Shown: piece after piece, positions 23,881 to 36,825 of the stretch
Layout of the letters: the number at the start of each line of letters is the position of its first letter
Position numbering within the stretch: position 1 is the stretch's first letter
NCBI RefSeq assembly: GCF_006345805.1
Contig: NW_021834329.1
Location: forward strand, 1-49,868
Direction of reading: 5' to 3'
DNA: 49,868 bases
From: Octopus sinensis
Lineage: Eukaryota
The notes under the pieces: generated by a model
The model's database searches: none
What the model saw: only the letters and a program-made list of their open reading frames with translations
What the model was told of the DNA's origin: nothing
Position numbers and translations under genes: made by a program

Positions 23881-24880
23881 CATCATTATCGTAGTCGCTT
23901 CTGTCATAGAAATGTTGTATTTTTGAGAAGTAGTCGTGATGGCGATTGTTATTGCCAACGTAGATATCTCGTATTTTTAAAAAAAAATAATTATCATTTA
24001 ATAATTATTGCTGTTTTTCATTAATATTGATAATAATTATGATCATATTATTAATAATCATGATGATATTTTTCTTTCTTATATTTTGTTTGCAATCTGC
24101 TTGTTATTTATATTATCGTGGTTGTTATTGTCATATATATATGTCACGTCTACACGCACACAGAGATATATATGTGTATATATGTATATATATATATATA
24201 CAGGTATATGTATATATATGTGTATGTATGTATATATATACATGTATATGTTATATATATGTATACATGTATATATGTATATATGTATATATGTATATAT
24301 ATATACATGTATATGTGTATATATGTATATATACATGCATATGTGTATATATGTATATATATATATACATGTATATGTGTGTATATGTATATATACATGC
24401 ATATGTGTATATATCTATATATGTATATACATGTATATGTGTATATAAATGTATATACATGTATATGTGTATATATATGTATACATGTATATGTGTATAT
24501 ATATGTATACATGTATATATGTATATATATGCATCTATATGTATATATATAATCACCATATGACATTATACAAAAATGATCATTATTTTTAATTATGTTG
24601 AGATTGCTGTTAAATTCTTCCAGTTGTTCAAAACCGTACATACATATATATATATATATACATACATATATACACACATATACATCATATCATTGACTTG
24701 ATTGCTTCTTAGTATCATTGTCTATACTTTTATCTCGTCCAGTCTCTCCTCCGTCTTGTCCCCCCTAAATGTTTTAATATAAACCCCCCTCCAAATTGTA
24801 AACTACCCTTGTAAATATCCACCTTCATCGGATGCCTCAGTGGTGGAAAATTTTTTGTAGTAGTAGTAGTAGTAGTACTC

Positions 24881-24937
<57 letters not shown>

Positions 24938-25044
24938 ATTCTGGTGGTTCTGTTAGTGTCAACAACGTTGTTTTTGTCAAATTTTTGTCTCTGTTTCGCT
25001 CGCCGCCATTTTACTGTCGTAGTAAACAATGATAATAGTCGTTT

Positions 25045-25443
25045 CCTTTACGGGCACAAGGCCTGAATTTTTGCTAGGAGGTATGTGTGGTGGTGGTGGG
25101 GGGGGGAGGTCAGTCGTTTTACTTGGACCCCAGTGTTTCACTGGTACTTAATTTATCGAGCCTGGAAGAATGAGTTCAAATTCGACGGAATTTGAACTCA
25201 AAACGTAATGACAGACAAAATACCTATTTCTTTATTGCCCACATGGGGCTAAACATAGAGGAGACAAACGGATTAAGTCGATTACATCGACCCCCAGTGC
25301 ATTACTGGTACTTAATTTATCGACCCCGAAAGGATGAAAGGCAAAGTCGACCTCGGCGGAATTTGAACTCAGAACGTAACGGCAGACGAAATACGGCTAC
25401 ACATTTCGCCCGGCATGCTAACGATTCTAGCAGCTCGCCGCCA
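25045..25443 (-). mobile_element. SINE family B (composite)
   Basis: CGAAAGGATGAAAGGCAAAGTCGACCTCGGCGGAATTTGAACTCAG core, ending CAGCTCGCCGCC. Confidence 0.88.
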
Positions 25444-25445
25444 TA

Positions 25446-25838
25446 TCTTTATATATAAAAGTAAGGTTGTGTGTCTGTCTCCTACGATTTAGATTCCTAA
25501 CTACTCCCACATTTTGCGGTGCAGTTTAACCAAAACCGGGTATCTTATAGTCGTGATTCATATCGAGCCCTTCTGGGTATTAGCGCGCGTCTACGATAAG
25601 TCTACGATTAAAAAAAAAATTATCATCATTTTTTTCCATTTTAATGCATTTTTTTCGCTATTATATAAGGGAAGTAACTCTCTAAAAATGTCTACGATGA
25701 GTCAACGATTTAAAAAAAATTACCATAATTTTTTTTCCATTTTGCATTTTTTTTGCTATTTTTTGGCTATAACTCTCTAAAAATGCTTATATAGTTATTT
25801 CCCTTACAAACCCGAGCAACGCCGGGCGATACTGCTAG
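25446..25838 (+). mobile_element. Non-autonomous Helitron
   Basis: A|TCTTTATATATAAAAG...; subterminal hairpin CCCGAGCAACGCCGGG (25811-25826); ends CTAG|T. Confidence 0.88.
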
Positions 25839-26092
25839 TTAATAATATAATAATAATAGTAGCAGTAGTAATAACAAAATCCTCATTTTTATTTGTTGAA
25901 GCGTACGACGATTGATTGATTGATTGATTGTAGTTTCAGCTCATGAGCTGTGGCCATGCTGGGGCACCGCCATTTGCTGTTGATTATATTTTCGTCGTTC
26001 TAAACCACCATTTTTTTTTCGACTTACAACCAAGCTATTTCGTTCCCGTCGATTTAAAGACAAAAAGAGAAATATATCCACGGCCCTTTTGA

Positions 26093-26625
26093 AGAGTTCG
26101 ATGCCAGGCGACGCGATCAGTCCTTGAGCAAGACCCTTTATTTCACGTTGCTCCACTCCACTCACCTGGCAAAAACGTGTTGTACTTGTAATTCACAAGG
26201 GGCCAGCCTTGGCATATTCTGTGTCACGCTGAATCTCCCCGAGAACTACATTAACGATACACGTGTCTGCGGAGTACTCGGCCACTTGCACGTTAATTTC
26301 ACGAGCAGGCTGTTTCGTTGATCGAATCAATAGCAACCCTCATTATGGTAACCAATATGGAGCCGGGCTAGACCCTTAGAACCACGTTAAGTGTCTATGG
26401 TGTACTCAGCCACTTGCACGTTAATTTCACGAGTAGGCTGTTTCGTTGATCGAATCAACAGCAATCCTCATTGTGGTTACCAATAGGGAGCCGGGCTAGA
26501 CCCTTAAAGCCACGTTAAGGTATGAGTGTCTATGGTGTACTCAGCCACTTGCACGTTAATTTCACGAGCAGGCTGTTTCGTTGATCGAATCAACAGCAAC
26601 TCTCGCCGTCATAACTAACGGAAAG
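26093..26625 (+). mobile_element. CORE-type SINE family E with triplicated 3' segment
   Basis: GAGTTCGATGCC B-box, CCTTGAGCAAGAC.CTTTATTTCACGTTGCTCCA CORE-like block; GCCACTTGCACGTTAATTTCACGAG...GATCGAATCAA repeated three times. Confidence 0.8.
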
Positions 26626-26999
26626 CCGATTTTTGTATGTTCAGTGTAAATGTCACATCAAGAACATAAACAAACGGTCACCAAACTACCCCAAATGCGG
26701 AATTCATTTATAAATACGCCATTTACTCATTTGCTAATAGTTCACTTCGATTCGTTTCCTGTCAAAATTCCATAATTTCTTTCCTCTTCAATTATCTTTC
26801 ATTGTTCAATTTTATCATTTACGATAGCGACACATTTAGCTTTTGAAATGGTTCGCTATTCATCAAAAGAAGCGCAAGCAAGCCAGCTGTCACCCGCGTC
26901 TACATATGGCTTTGTAACTAGTACAATGCTTTCTGTAATTTTTACAGGTGCTTGTGTAGTCGCGAGCACGCTCGGTCAAACGGTATAGTCTTACCGTTA

Positions 27000-27450
27000 G
27001 ACCGAGCGGAACTTTCGCGTTCTTTTCTCACGTGCCTCGCTGCTTTGACCCAACGGCACTTGCTCGCTCTACTCTCACGTGACTCGCTCTTTGACCCAGC
27101 GGCACTTTCACGTTCTACCCTTGTGTGCCTCACTGTTTGATCAAGCAGCGCTCTCACGCGTCTTACTGTTCGGCCCAGGGGTAATTTCACAGTCTATTCT
27201 CACGTACCTCGCAACTTTGACCCAACGGCACTTGCTCGCTCTACTCTCACGTGACTCGCTCTTTGACCCAGCGGCACTTTCACGTTCTACCCTTGTGTGC
27301 CTCACTGTTTGATCTAGCAGCGCTCTCACGCGTCTTACTGTTTGACCCAGGGGTAATTTCACAGTATACTCTCACGTGCCTCGCTGTTTGACTGTGGGGC
27401 ACTTTCATGCTCTGCTCTTCAGTGTCTCACCGTTTGACCCAGCGGCACTT
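27000..27450. repeat. ~46-bp minisatellite array 1 with 172-bp higher-order repeat
   Basis: Unit ~TTTGACCCAGCGGCACTTGCTCGCTCTACTCTCACGTGCCTCACTG; 27029/27201/27373 and 27076/27248 show the 172-bp period. Confidence 0.9.
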
Positions 27451-27680
27451 TGTAAATGACAGCTGGAAGAAGAGAGAGAAAGAGCAGTACTATTACTTGG
27501 CTGGCGTTCATTTCCAGCTGAGCAGCGTGAAATGAAATACTTGCTCAAGGACACAACGTACCATCCGGCTGAAGTATCAAAATCCTCCACATTGTGATCG
27601 CTAGACGAATGCCCAAAGTACTTGGCAACGCATCGCCCGTCCCAGGAATCGAAACCGCGGCATTGTGAAGAAAGCTTGCA
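27450..27680 (-). mobile_element. CORE-type SINE head(s) contiguous with the minisatellite
   Basis: Minus strand ...CGTTGTGTCCTTGAGCAAGTATTTCATTTCACGCTGCTCAGCTGGAAATG; a further GGTTTCGATTCC B-box near 27650. Confidence 0.6.
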
Positions 27681-29094
27681 GCTGCTCGTGGCTATAATGG
27701 AACACATTTTTTCCCACAGAATTCCCACAATCACTTGAATTTAAAACAAAATATTCATTCTGATGTAGTCCCACATTTTTAACAGCTACCGTTTGCCCGA
27801 TTTGAACTCGGAACGGTTTGACGCTGACATAAGAGGGAGATAGTTCCTGAAAGTGTAATGGGGTTAGGAGCGAACCCGGTACTTCGTGGTTGCGAAGTGA
27901 GCTGACTCTGAGCCACTCACTCATATCACGTGACTACACAAAGTGTCACTCCACAAGACCATATATAATCGCAAATGCTGTCCCTGTAACTACTACTACT
28001 GCTGCTGCTAGTGGCCTGTGGTTGCAGTGGCAGGAAAATATAAGCGCGTTGAACAAATTGTCTTTTTAGTATTTGTTTATATCATGGACCCTTAATGTTT
28101 TATGTTCAAATCATAGCAAGGTCTGATTTCCTTCTTGTTCTTCCGGGGTCGACGACATAATCGGCTGTTCCCTTCCATCGTCCCAATCAAATCTCAGATC
28201 TGCTTACGATAAAGCTTATTATTATTATTATTATTAAAGAAATAAACGTCATCGCCATCTTAGAAACAATTATTATCATTAGAAGCTATTATTGTTGTTG
28301 TTTTTGTAATCGATAATAAAACAAGCTGGAGTGTTTCGCTTTCAACTTTATTTTATTTGAAAAGAGGAACTTAACCCGAAATATTACAAGTTTATTATAT
28401 GAAGCACGTAAAGTAAAACAATATCTTTTACATCTGTCTCTCATTCATATCACCTTTTATTGTTTTAATTCCCCACCCCCTCCTGCATTAGCATTTTACA
28501 CGGAATACACACCCATAATAGAAGGCCTAGCTTTAGGAAAATAAAAAGGCTCTTTAGACAATTCTTCGACTTACCAAGTACACTAATTTAAGTATTCCTA
28601 GCTATTCTATTAACTTGGATTATTTCTGTTGTCTATTTAACATTTTGTCATTAATAATATTGGCGTAGTATCCGTCAAAAACGATGGGGTTTGTTTAACC
28701 TTGTAGTAATTATAATTATAATCTCTCTGCTCAAGCCTTGCTCCATTTTCTTGCCTTTTTGTTTTCCCTGCTCATATGACTACTAGCTATCATGCTTACT
28801 GATTGACCGACGAATATTTTTCTCTGCCTCTTTCTTTCCCTGCCGCTCTGTCAGTCTTTTGTCTATCTATTTATCTACTCCACCGTAGCTTTCTGACAGT
28901 CTTTCCTATCTATTTGTATAATCCACCCCATATAACTATCTCTCTCTCTCAACACAGCTACAATCATAGCATTCTCCTTTCACCAATAAAAAAAAACAAA
29001 AAAAAACACGACTTGGCCTTTTATGTATATAGAAAATTATACCTATTTTAAATAATACTGATTTATAATTAACCAAATGATAATGATGATGGTT

Positions 29095-29718
29095 TCTGAT
29101 TTAAGCATAGAGCCAGCAGTTTTGAGGGAAAGGATTAAGACGATCGATCGACCCAAGTTTTTGACTGGTACTTCATTTTGTCAACCCCCAAACGGTTAAA
29201 ACAGTACAGTTGACCTCGATGGGATTTTGAAAAATACCGCAAAGAACCGATATAAATACCACAAGGTATTTCTTAACTTTAGTTACAATGCCTTCAGTGG
29301 GTTTCCGCACAGTTTCTTTTCTCTCCATCTGAGTTCACTTACAAAACTCTGGGGCAGCTGAGGACTTGGTTAATGACGCCGAACGGAATCGAACCCATTT
29401 CCGTGTGATTAACACAGGCAAGCATTTTAACCACTCGACCATGTTGCATTCACAGTCGGCCTAGAGTAGTTACAATACCATATAATATTTGAGGGCGGGC
29501 ATAGTTGATTTTATCAAACTCCCCCAGATAATCGCTGGTATGTATTTAAAAAGACTGCCTGCGTATATGAAATAATGATAACAATTTCTGTTGTTGGTGC
29601 AATACCTAAAACTTGGCAGAAGAGGAAAGTCAATGAGGTCGACCCCAGTACATAACTGGTACTCACTTTATCAACCCTGAAAGGATGAAAAGCAATGCCG
29701 ACCGCGGCGGAATTTGAT
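29095..29718 (-). mobile_element. Old diverged SINE fragments (B-like 29095-29250 and 29585-29718; A-like near 29310-29440)
   Basis: ACTGGTACT...CAACCC.GAAAGGATGAAA...GGCGGAATTTGA remnants. Confidence 0.65.
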
Positions 29719-30365
29719 CCAGCGGCATTTGCTTGCTCTACTTTCATGTGCCTCACTGTTTGACCCATCGGCACTTGCTCGCTCTACTCTCACGTGCCTC
29801 GCTATTTGATCCAGCGGCACTTTCTCGCTCTACTCTCACGTGCCTCGCTATTTGATCCAGCGGCACTTTCTCGCTCAACTCTCACGTACTTCGCTGTTTG
29901 ACCCAGCGGCACTTGCTCGCTCTACTCTCTACTCTCATGTGCCTCACTGTTTGACCGAGCACTTGTTCAACTCCCACGTGCCTCACAGTGTGACCCAGTG
30001 GCACTTGCTCCCTCTACTTTCACGTGCCTCACTGTGTGACCCAGTGGAACTTGCTCCCTCTACTTTCACGTGCCTCGCTGTTTGACCCAGCGGCACTTGC
30101 TCGCTCATCTCTCATGTGCCTCACTGACCGAGCACTTGTTCAACTCTCACGTGCCTCACTGTGTGACCCAATGGCACTTACTCGCTCTACTTTCACGTGC
30201 CTCACAGTGTAACCCAGTGGTACTTGCTCCCTCTACTCTCACGTGCCTCACTGTTTGACCCAGCGGCACTTGCTCCCTCAACTCTCACGCGTCTCACTGT
30301 TTGACCCAGCGGCACTTTCACACTCAATTCTCCAGTGTCTCACCGTTTGACCCAGCGGCACTTTG
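29715..30365. repeat. 46-bp minisatellite array 2 (about 14 units)
   Basis: CACGTG at 29791, 29837, 29975, 30021, 30067, 30148, 30194 and 30240 (46-bp steps, 173-bp higher order); same right flank as array 1. Confidence 0.92.
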
Positions 30366-30439
30366 TATATGACAACTGGAAGAAGTGATAGAAAGAGGAG
30401 TGCCATTACTCGGGTGGCACCAATTCCCAGCTGAGCAGA

Positions 30440-30686
30440 ACTTAAAGACGGACGAAATGTGGCTACGCATTTTGTCCGACGCTCTAACGATTCTGCCAGC
30501 TTTCCGTTTAAAATAATGTACCTATATAACATCGACCCCAGTACACAACTAGTACTTAATTTATCGATCCTGAAAGAATTAAAGACAAAGTCGACCTCGG
30601 CGGAATTTGAACTCAGAACATCAAGGCAGACGAAATGCCGCTAGACTTTTTGCCTGGCGTGCTAACGATTCTGCCAGCTCACCGCT

Positions 30687-30736
<50 letters not shown>

Positions 30737-30949
30737 CCTTTCTATTTAGGCCCAAGGCTGAAATTTGAGGCAGGGAGTAAGTCGATTACATCGACCCCAG
30801 TGCGTAACTGGTACTTATTTCATCAACCCCGAAAGGATGAAAGGCAAAGTCGACCTCGGCGGAATTTGAACTCAGAACGTAATGGCAGACGGACGAAATG
30901 CCAGTAAGCATTTCGTCCGGAGAGCTAACGATTCTGGTAGCTCACCGCC

Positions 30950-30950
<1 letters not shown>
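30440..30950 (-). mobile_element. Stack of SINE family B copies separated by (TAA)n
   Basis: Copies at about 30440-30505, 30530-30687 and 30736-30950. Confidence 0.85.
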
Positions 30951-30997
<47 letters not shown>

Positions 30998-31004
30998 GTA
31001 ATGG

Positions 31005-31340
31005 TGGGGGAGCATCATAGCCATGTGTTGAGAAGGATTCTTTGGGGTTTGAATAATTCACCTCTGGAAACATGGGTGTTTCGTTCAACGTCCTTAAATA
31101 ACCCTTATTCAAGGACCTTTTGAGCGGGATGGGTTACTCGATCTGAAGAAAATTCTAACTGGGCTCCACCTGCAAGGTCATGTGCTGTTTATCTTGATAT
31201 GAGATCACCATGTCGCGCACATATGGTTGTGATGCATGTGCCTGGTGTACCCTTATCAGACGGGTAGTCATGATGGGTATACTGGGCTTCGTATATTTTA
31301 CCCCAGTGTCACTTTGATGGCATGCTCTGCTCGCTCACTC
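31005..31340 (+). mobile_element. Unclassified retroelement-like insert in (AAT)n
   Basis: GC-richer block flanked on both sides by (AAT)n, as expected for (TAA)n-targeting non-LTR elements such as R4/Dong; no ORF evidence. Confidence 0.35.
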
Positions 31341-31624
31341 AATAATAATAATAATGGTAATGTTCTTTATTTAGCCACAAGTGCGATGGGTATTAATGGG
31401 GAAAGGACATGGAGAAACTGCAAAGGGTGTGAAGCTAATTGTAGGGGTTTTTACAAAAGGGAGCCGAATATAAGGGATACCATGGAATGCTACAATGGCA
31501 CAGGTGGAAAAAGGAAAATAGCATCCGGGGTCGCATTTACGGAATCGTAAAAAAAATAGTTATGTGAAAAAAAAATGTAGGAATGACAAAAAAAAAGCAG
31601 CATATATACAAAATGGGAAGTATT

Positions 31625-32015
31625 CTTTTCTACTCTAGGCTCAAGGCCCCAAATTTTGGGGGAGGGGCCCAGTCGATTCGATCGACCCAGTACGCAACTG
31701 GTACTTAATTTTTATCGCCCCCTCCCCTCAAAGGATGAAAGGCAAAGTCGACCTCGGCGGAATTTGAACTCAGAACGTAGCGACGGACGAAATGCCGCTA
31801 AGCATTTTGTTCGGCCTGCTAATAATAATTTCTGTTACAGGTACAAGGCCTGAAATTTTGGGATTGGAGGCTGCTAAGTCGATTACAGTTACCCCCAATG
31901 CGTAACTGGTACTTATTTTGGCGACTTCGGCGGAATTTGAACTCTTAACGTAACGCCGGAAGACAAGCCTTTAAACGTTTTTGAATGCAAACGATTCTTC
32001 CTGCTATCCGCCTTA
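31625..32015 (-). mobile_element. Two SINE family B copies
   Basis: Family B cores at 31690-31820 and 31875-32015. Confidence 0.8.
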
Positions 32016-32533
32016 ATTATAAATAATACTAATAACGTTATAACTAATTATACAAATCATAAGGATTTATTAAATTCTAATTTTCTATGAATGATGTCCC
32101 ATTTTGCTGAGAAACGCATAAATATTCAATAACGCCATTTTGTTACGTCAGAGAAAGCAAATCTATAACCTGGTCGACTCTAGCAGCTCAACGCTGTTGG
32201 AATCAAAATGGCGTTTATAATAAAAAAAAAATGGACTCCCTGAAATATCCTTAAGCATATCTTTAATATATTAAGCTTATCTTTAAAGCACTTAAAACTA
32301 AAATACATAGATACATATAAATGAAATCTCAACAACTGGATTAATATAGAAATTGAAATTTTTCGATACGAAGCCTTGCTAGATTTTCAAGGTTCGTTCT
32401 CGTAGCTAAACTTTATTTCGTTCCGTAGTTTAGGTTGTTTGCAGCACAACGCAATGAATTTGGTTCGTCATGGTGAATGTTGCGACTGTTTCTTTTTTTT
32501 TTTTCAATTTTGCTTCATCATAAGTATTTTTAA

Positions 32534-32736
32534 CCCTTTTAGCATTTAAACAGGCTCATATCTGGCTCATATATTGTACCAGTTTTATATTAAACCTAAC
32601 CAGATTCCGCCTCTTACACCTACCCTACAATGATATTCTAAAAATAAACAATCACATCATCAAAATATCAAGACTTTGAGATAATACATAATTATTTTTT
32701 TTAAATAATTAATAAATTAATCTGAATGCTAAAGGG
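32534..32736. mobile_element. piggyBac-type MITE
   Basis: TTAA|CCCTTTTAGCATTTAAA ... TCTGAATGCTAAAGGG|TTAA. Confidence 0.85.
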
Positions 32737-33100
32737 TTAAATATATTTTTGCAGTTTAGTCGAGAGGACAAGGAGCACCTATAATTCTCTTACAAGGTCT
32801 ACAGAACTGGAGTAGCAATAGGGGGCGACAGGGACCGTTATATCTATATATATATATCTTGCATTATTTTCGGGCAGAATCCCTTTGAAATCTTTCACTT
32901 CCATAGACAGTCTCTCCTAGTTGTATTGCGTACAATATCGTAATCTTATAATTTTTTTAGTTGGGAAGGGCTACATTAATCTCCATAAAATATAATCCCT
33001 TATTTCACAGTGAATTTGGGAAAAGATGGGTGACTGGCAAAAAAAATGGTTAGTGACTGGCCTTACTCTAAGTATGTGCCTGTAGATTGGAGAGCAGGAC

Positions 33101-33456
33101 AGAGGGCTTGTGCATTTGGTGGTCAGGGTTACTCTGGATCTGTTGGGTCCCTCGAACTATCTTAGATGGAGCTTCTTCTCTACTGGGAGAGAGGGCTTGT
33201 GCATTTGGTGGTCAAGGTAACCCTGGATCTGTCGGACCCCTTGAGCTATCTTAGATGGAGTTTCTTTTCTACTGGGAGAGAGGGCTTGTGCATTTGGTGG
33301 TCAGGGTAACCCTGGATCTGTTGGGTCCTTTGAACTATCTTAGATAGATTTACTTCTCTACTGGGAGAGAGGGCTTGTGCATTTGGTGGTCAGGGTAACC
33401 TTGGCTCTATCGGGTCCCTTAAACTATCTTAGATGGAGTTCCTTCTCTACTGGGAG
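33101..33456. repeat. 89-bp tandem repeat x4
   Basis: AGAGGGCTTGTGCATTTGGTGGTCA starts at 33101, 33190, 33279 and 33368. Confidence 0.95.
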
Positions 33457-33657
33457 GACTACATCACTCACCTTATCACATAATTTGCATTCCGTGAATA
33501 CCTTTATCGCATTTCACTGTTATTCCCATCATCTCTTCTCTATCTTTTATGCAAATCCCCGCACAAATTGTTCTCTTGCCTTGAGATTTCCCCCTCATCT
33601 ATGCTCCTGTGGCTAATAAAAAATCATCATCATCATCATCATTACTATTATCAAATA

Positions 33658-33870
33658 TAAGGCGACAAGCTGGCAGAATCGTTAGCACACGCGAGGAAAA
33701 AATATTCGGCGGCATTTCGTCCGTCTTTACGTTCTGGGTTCAAATTCCGCTGGGGTCGACGTCGCCTTTCATCCATTAGGGGTCGATAAATTAAGGACCA
33801 GGGTTCGATGTAATCCACTATCCCGCTCCCTCCCCCCAAATCTCAGGCCTTGTGCCTATAGTAGAACGGA
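33658..33870 (+). mobile_element. SINE family B
   Basis: AAGGCGACAAGCTGGCAGAATCGTTAGC head to GGCCTTGTGCCTATAGTAGAA tail. Confidence 0.85.
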
Positions 33871-34006
33871 TCATTTTTGTGGTAGTGGTGGATCAGATTA
33901 GCGAATCCTGCCCTGGGGCCATGATGATTTTTCTTACAACACAATGCTGTTAGCTCTGAGAGACGAACACCTGGGTGAGGCCAAAACACCCCAATTTTTT
34001 TTTAGA

Positions 34007-34045
<39 letters not shown>

Positions 34046-34259
34046 ACAATCATTCCCGCCTTGTTCTCGACTTAAGCCGTCATAGCTAATAACAGAAACC
34101 ATTATTATTATTATTATTATTATTATTATCCCACACCAGCAAACACCATCATCATCATCATCACCATCATCATCGCGATCATCATCATACTCATCCCTCA
34201 TCATCATCATCATCATCATCATCATCAGAGACTTAAACGTTGTCACGTGACCTTCCACG

Positions 34260-34414
34260 ACGTTTCGTTACGTAAACGTACTTTTCATATTTTATTTCAT
34301 TTTTTTTGTTTTTTTTGGGGAGGTGGTTAATTTTTTTTTTTTTTTTGCAATGTTAATGTTATGCTAATGTCATGTTAATGGCATGTTAATATTATGTCAA
34401 AAAAATACGTCAAA

Positions 34415-34474
<60 letters not shown>

Positions 34475-34631
34475 CCTTATTATTACCCTGTAGTGTTATG
34501 TTATGTTAATATATATATATTGTTACTGTTGTTGTGTTTATTACTCAATTGTTTTGTTTTTTTAATTGTCAATAATTTTGGTGTTTCCATAAGTTCTTTG
34601 TTTTCTAAACAGTATGCTTTTTGCTACCCTG

Positions 34632-34684
<53 letters not shown>

Positions 34685-34766
34685 CTCTCTGACCAACCGT
34701 CCCTCCAGCCCCGCAACAAAAAGAATTCCTGAAGGGCCGGCCCCTACCGTCTCTATAAACCAAATC

Positions 34767-34829
<63 letters not shown>

Positions 34830-35048
34830 ATATATATATGTGTATATATATGTGTGTGTGTATATATATATGTGTATATATGTGTGTGTGTGTGTATATA
34901 TATGTGTATATATATGTATGTATATACATGTCTATATATATGTATGTATATACATATGTGTATATATACATGTGTATATATATGGGTATATATATGTATA
35001 TATATATGTATATATATATATATGTATATATATGTATATGTATATATG

Positions 35049-35079
<31 letters not shown>

Positions 35080-35405
35080 GTATATGTATATATATATGTA
35101 TATATGTGTATATATATATGTATATATGTGTATATATATATATGTATATATGTGTATATATATACATGTATATATGTGTATATATATGTGTGTATATATG
35201 TGTGTATATATATATATGTGTATATGTATATATATATGTGTATATATGTGTATATATATATATATATATTTGTGTGTGTATATATGTATATATATATATT
35301 TGTGTGTGTATATATGTATATATATATATATGTACATTCCTTTAAAGAATGTAACAGGTGGGAGACGAATATATGACCTACACGCTACTCATATAGAGAA
35401 GCCTG

Positions 35406-35445
<40 letters not shown>

Positions 35446-36264
35446 GTATATATAGACAGTGAAAGAGGAATACACTTCTTAGTATATGTAGATGTACGTG
35501 TATATATGTGTGTGAATATGTACACACATGTGTGTGTATAGTGGAGATAGAGAGAGCACTGTCATTTGGCGGAATTGATACCCTGACCAAAGGTTTGAAA
35601 TTTTATTTTTGTTTGTTTCTATTTTGCTGTTGTTACTTTGTTTCTTTGCTTTATTATTATTATTATTATTATTATTGTTATCTCAAGGCTTTTGATGTTG
35701 TCCTCACATCTGCTACTTTCGCTTGCCCTCTCCTCAACTCACGCTTGTTATTGTTACATATTGTGTGTTCAATTAATGTTTTGTTGCTGTTGTTACTGTG
35801 CATAATCGTTTCATTCGTGTTGTTTGTAATATATCTCATATTATGTTGCATTATGTTGTGTTACGCAACTCCCAGTATAAAATGTTTGTTGTAACTTTGT
35901 TAGTGTGTGCCGTTGGATATTCATTTCGTTTTAAACGGTTGCAGTGGAAGCAGTAGTGTCAATGGTAATAATAATAATAGTTGTTCCTCTTCTTCTTGTT
36001 TAATTCTCGTTATTACTTCTGTTTTTGTTGTTGTCAGTGTTACACAAAGTTCCTTCATTTCCAGCGTATCTCAGTTTTCTTCTTATTATCATTACCATCA
36101 TCATACTTGTTTATTTTGAAGTGGAGGAAAATCGGAGAGGGAGTCATGGGAGAAAAAATTGTGTATATGGCGGTGGAGAGAATGGTGGGGGGGAATTCGG
36201 AGAGTTAGGGAGACAATGAGGGCGGCGGGGGTTGTGGGGAAAAATGATTCTTGTATTTCGCCGT
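34260..36264 (-). other. Pax6: Probable Pax6 3' UTR (distal end undefined)
   Basis: Follows the stop codon; A-rich on the minus strand with several AATAAA hexamers (plus-strand TTTATT near 36110, 35650, 35602, 34291); interrupted by (TA/TG)n and (CT)n tracts. Confidence 0.5.
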
Positions 36265-36380
36265 TCACTGTAGGCGTGGCCAGTATTGTGACGTCATGGA
36301 AGTCATGTGATGCGTGCTCATATCTTGTGGACCTCCACCCGGCACCTGTATTGGTACCGATACTCCTGGTGAGATAAGAC
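36265..36380 (-). CDS. Pax6: Pax6 last coding exon (C-terminus of the PST transactivation domain)
   Basis: Minus strand: pyrimidine tract ...tttttttctctctctcAG|GT CTT ATC TCA CCA GGA GTA TCG GTA CCA ATA CAG GTG CCG GGT... = (G)[37 protein letters not shown] with TGA at 36267-36265. Matches the diagnostic Pax6 C-terminus (human [15 protein letters not shown]...SQYWPRLQ). This frame is not in the ORF track. Confidence 0.97.
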
Positions 36381-36751
36381 CTGAGAGAGAGAAAAAAAAA
36401 CGAGAGTTAGTGAGAGTGTCTCAGTGAATGCTTGTAATGTGTGGAGTGTGCGACAGACAGACAGACAGACAGACAGACAAAAAGTGGATGAAGAAAGAGA
36501 GATGGTGGGGTGAAAATAAGTAAAAGACACAGAGGAAGGGTGAGAGAGAAGAATGAAGATTGCGAGTGTATATGAGAGGATGTGTTGAAGTGACGTAGGC
36601 GGGTGAGTGTGATCAATAATCTCGTATTCACATTCATTCATATGTATAGAATAATTCTTAAAGGAGAATACTGTTGACAGTAACCTCGAATTTTCGGCTC
36701 GTTCATCCGTTAAGGACTGTCAATAATATTCTTTTAGATCAGATCAAAGAT

Positions 36752-36789
<38 letters not shown>

Positions 36790-36825
36790 GATATACATAC
36801 AAACATATATATATATATATATATA

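Noticed and set aside
29715-30365. CRISPR-like periodicity of the 46-bp and 89-bp arrays
   Set aside because: Head-to-tail repeats without unique spacers, no cas genes, eukaryotic context.
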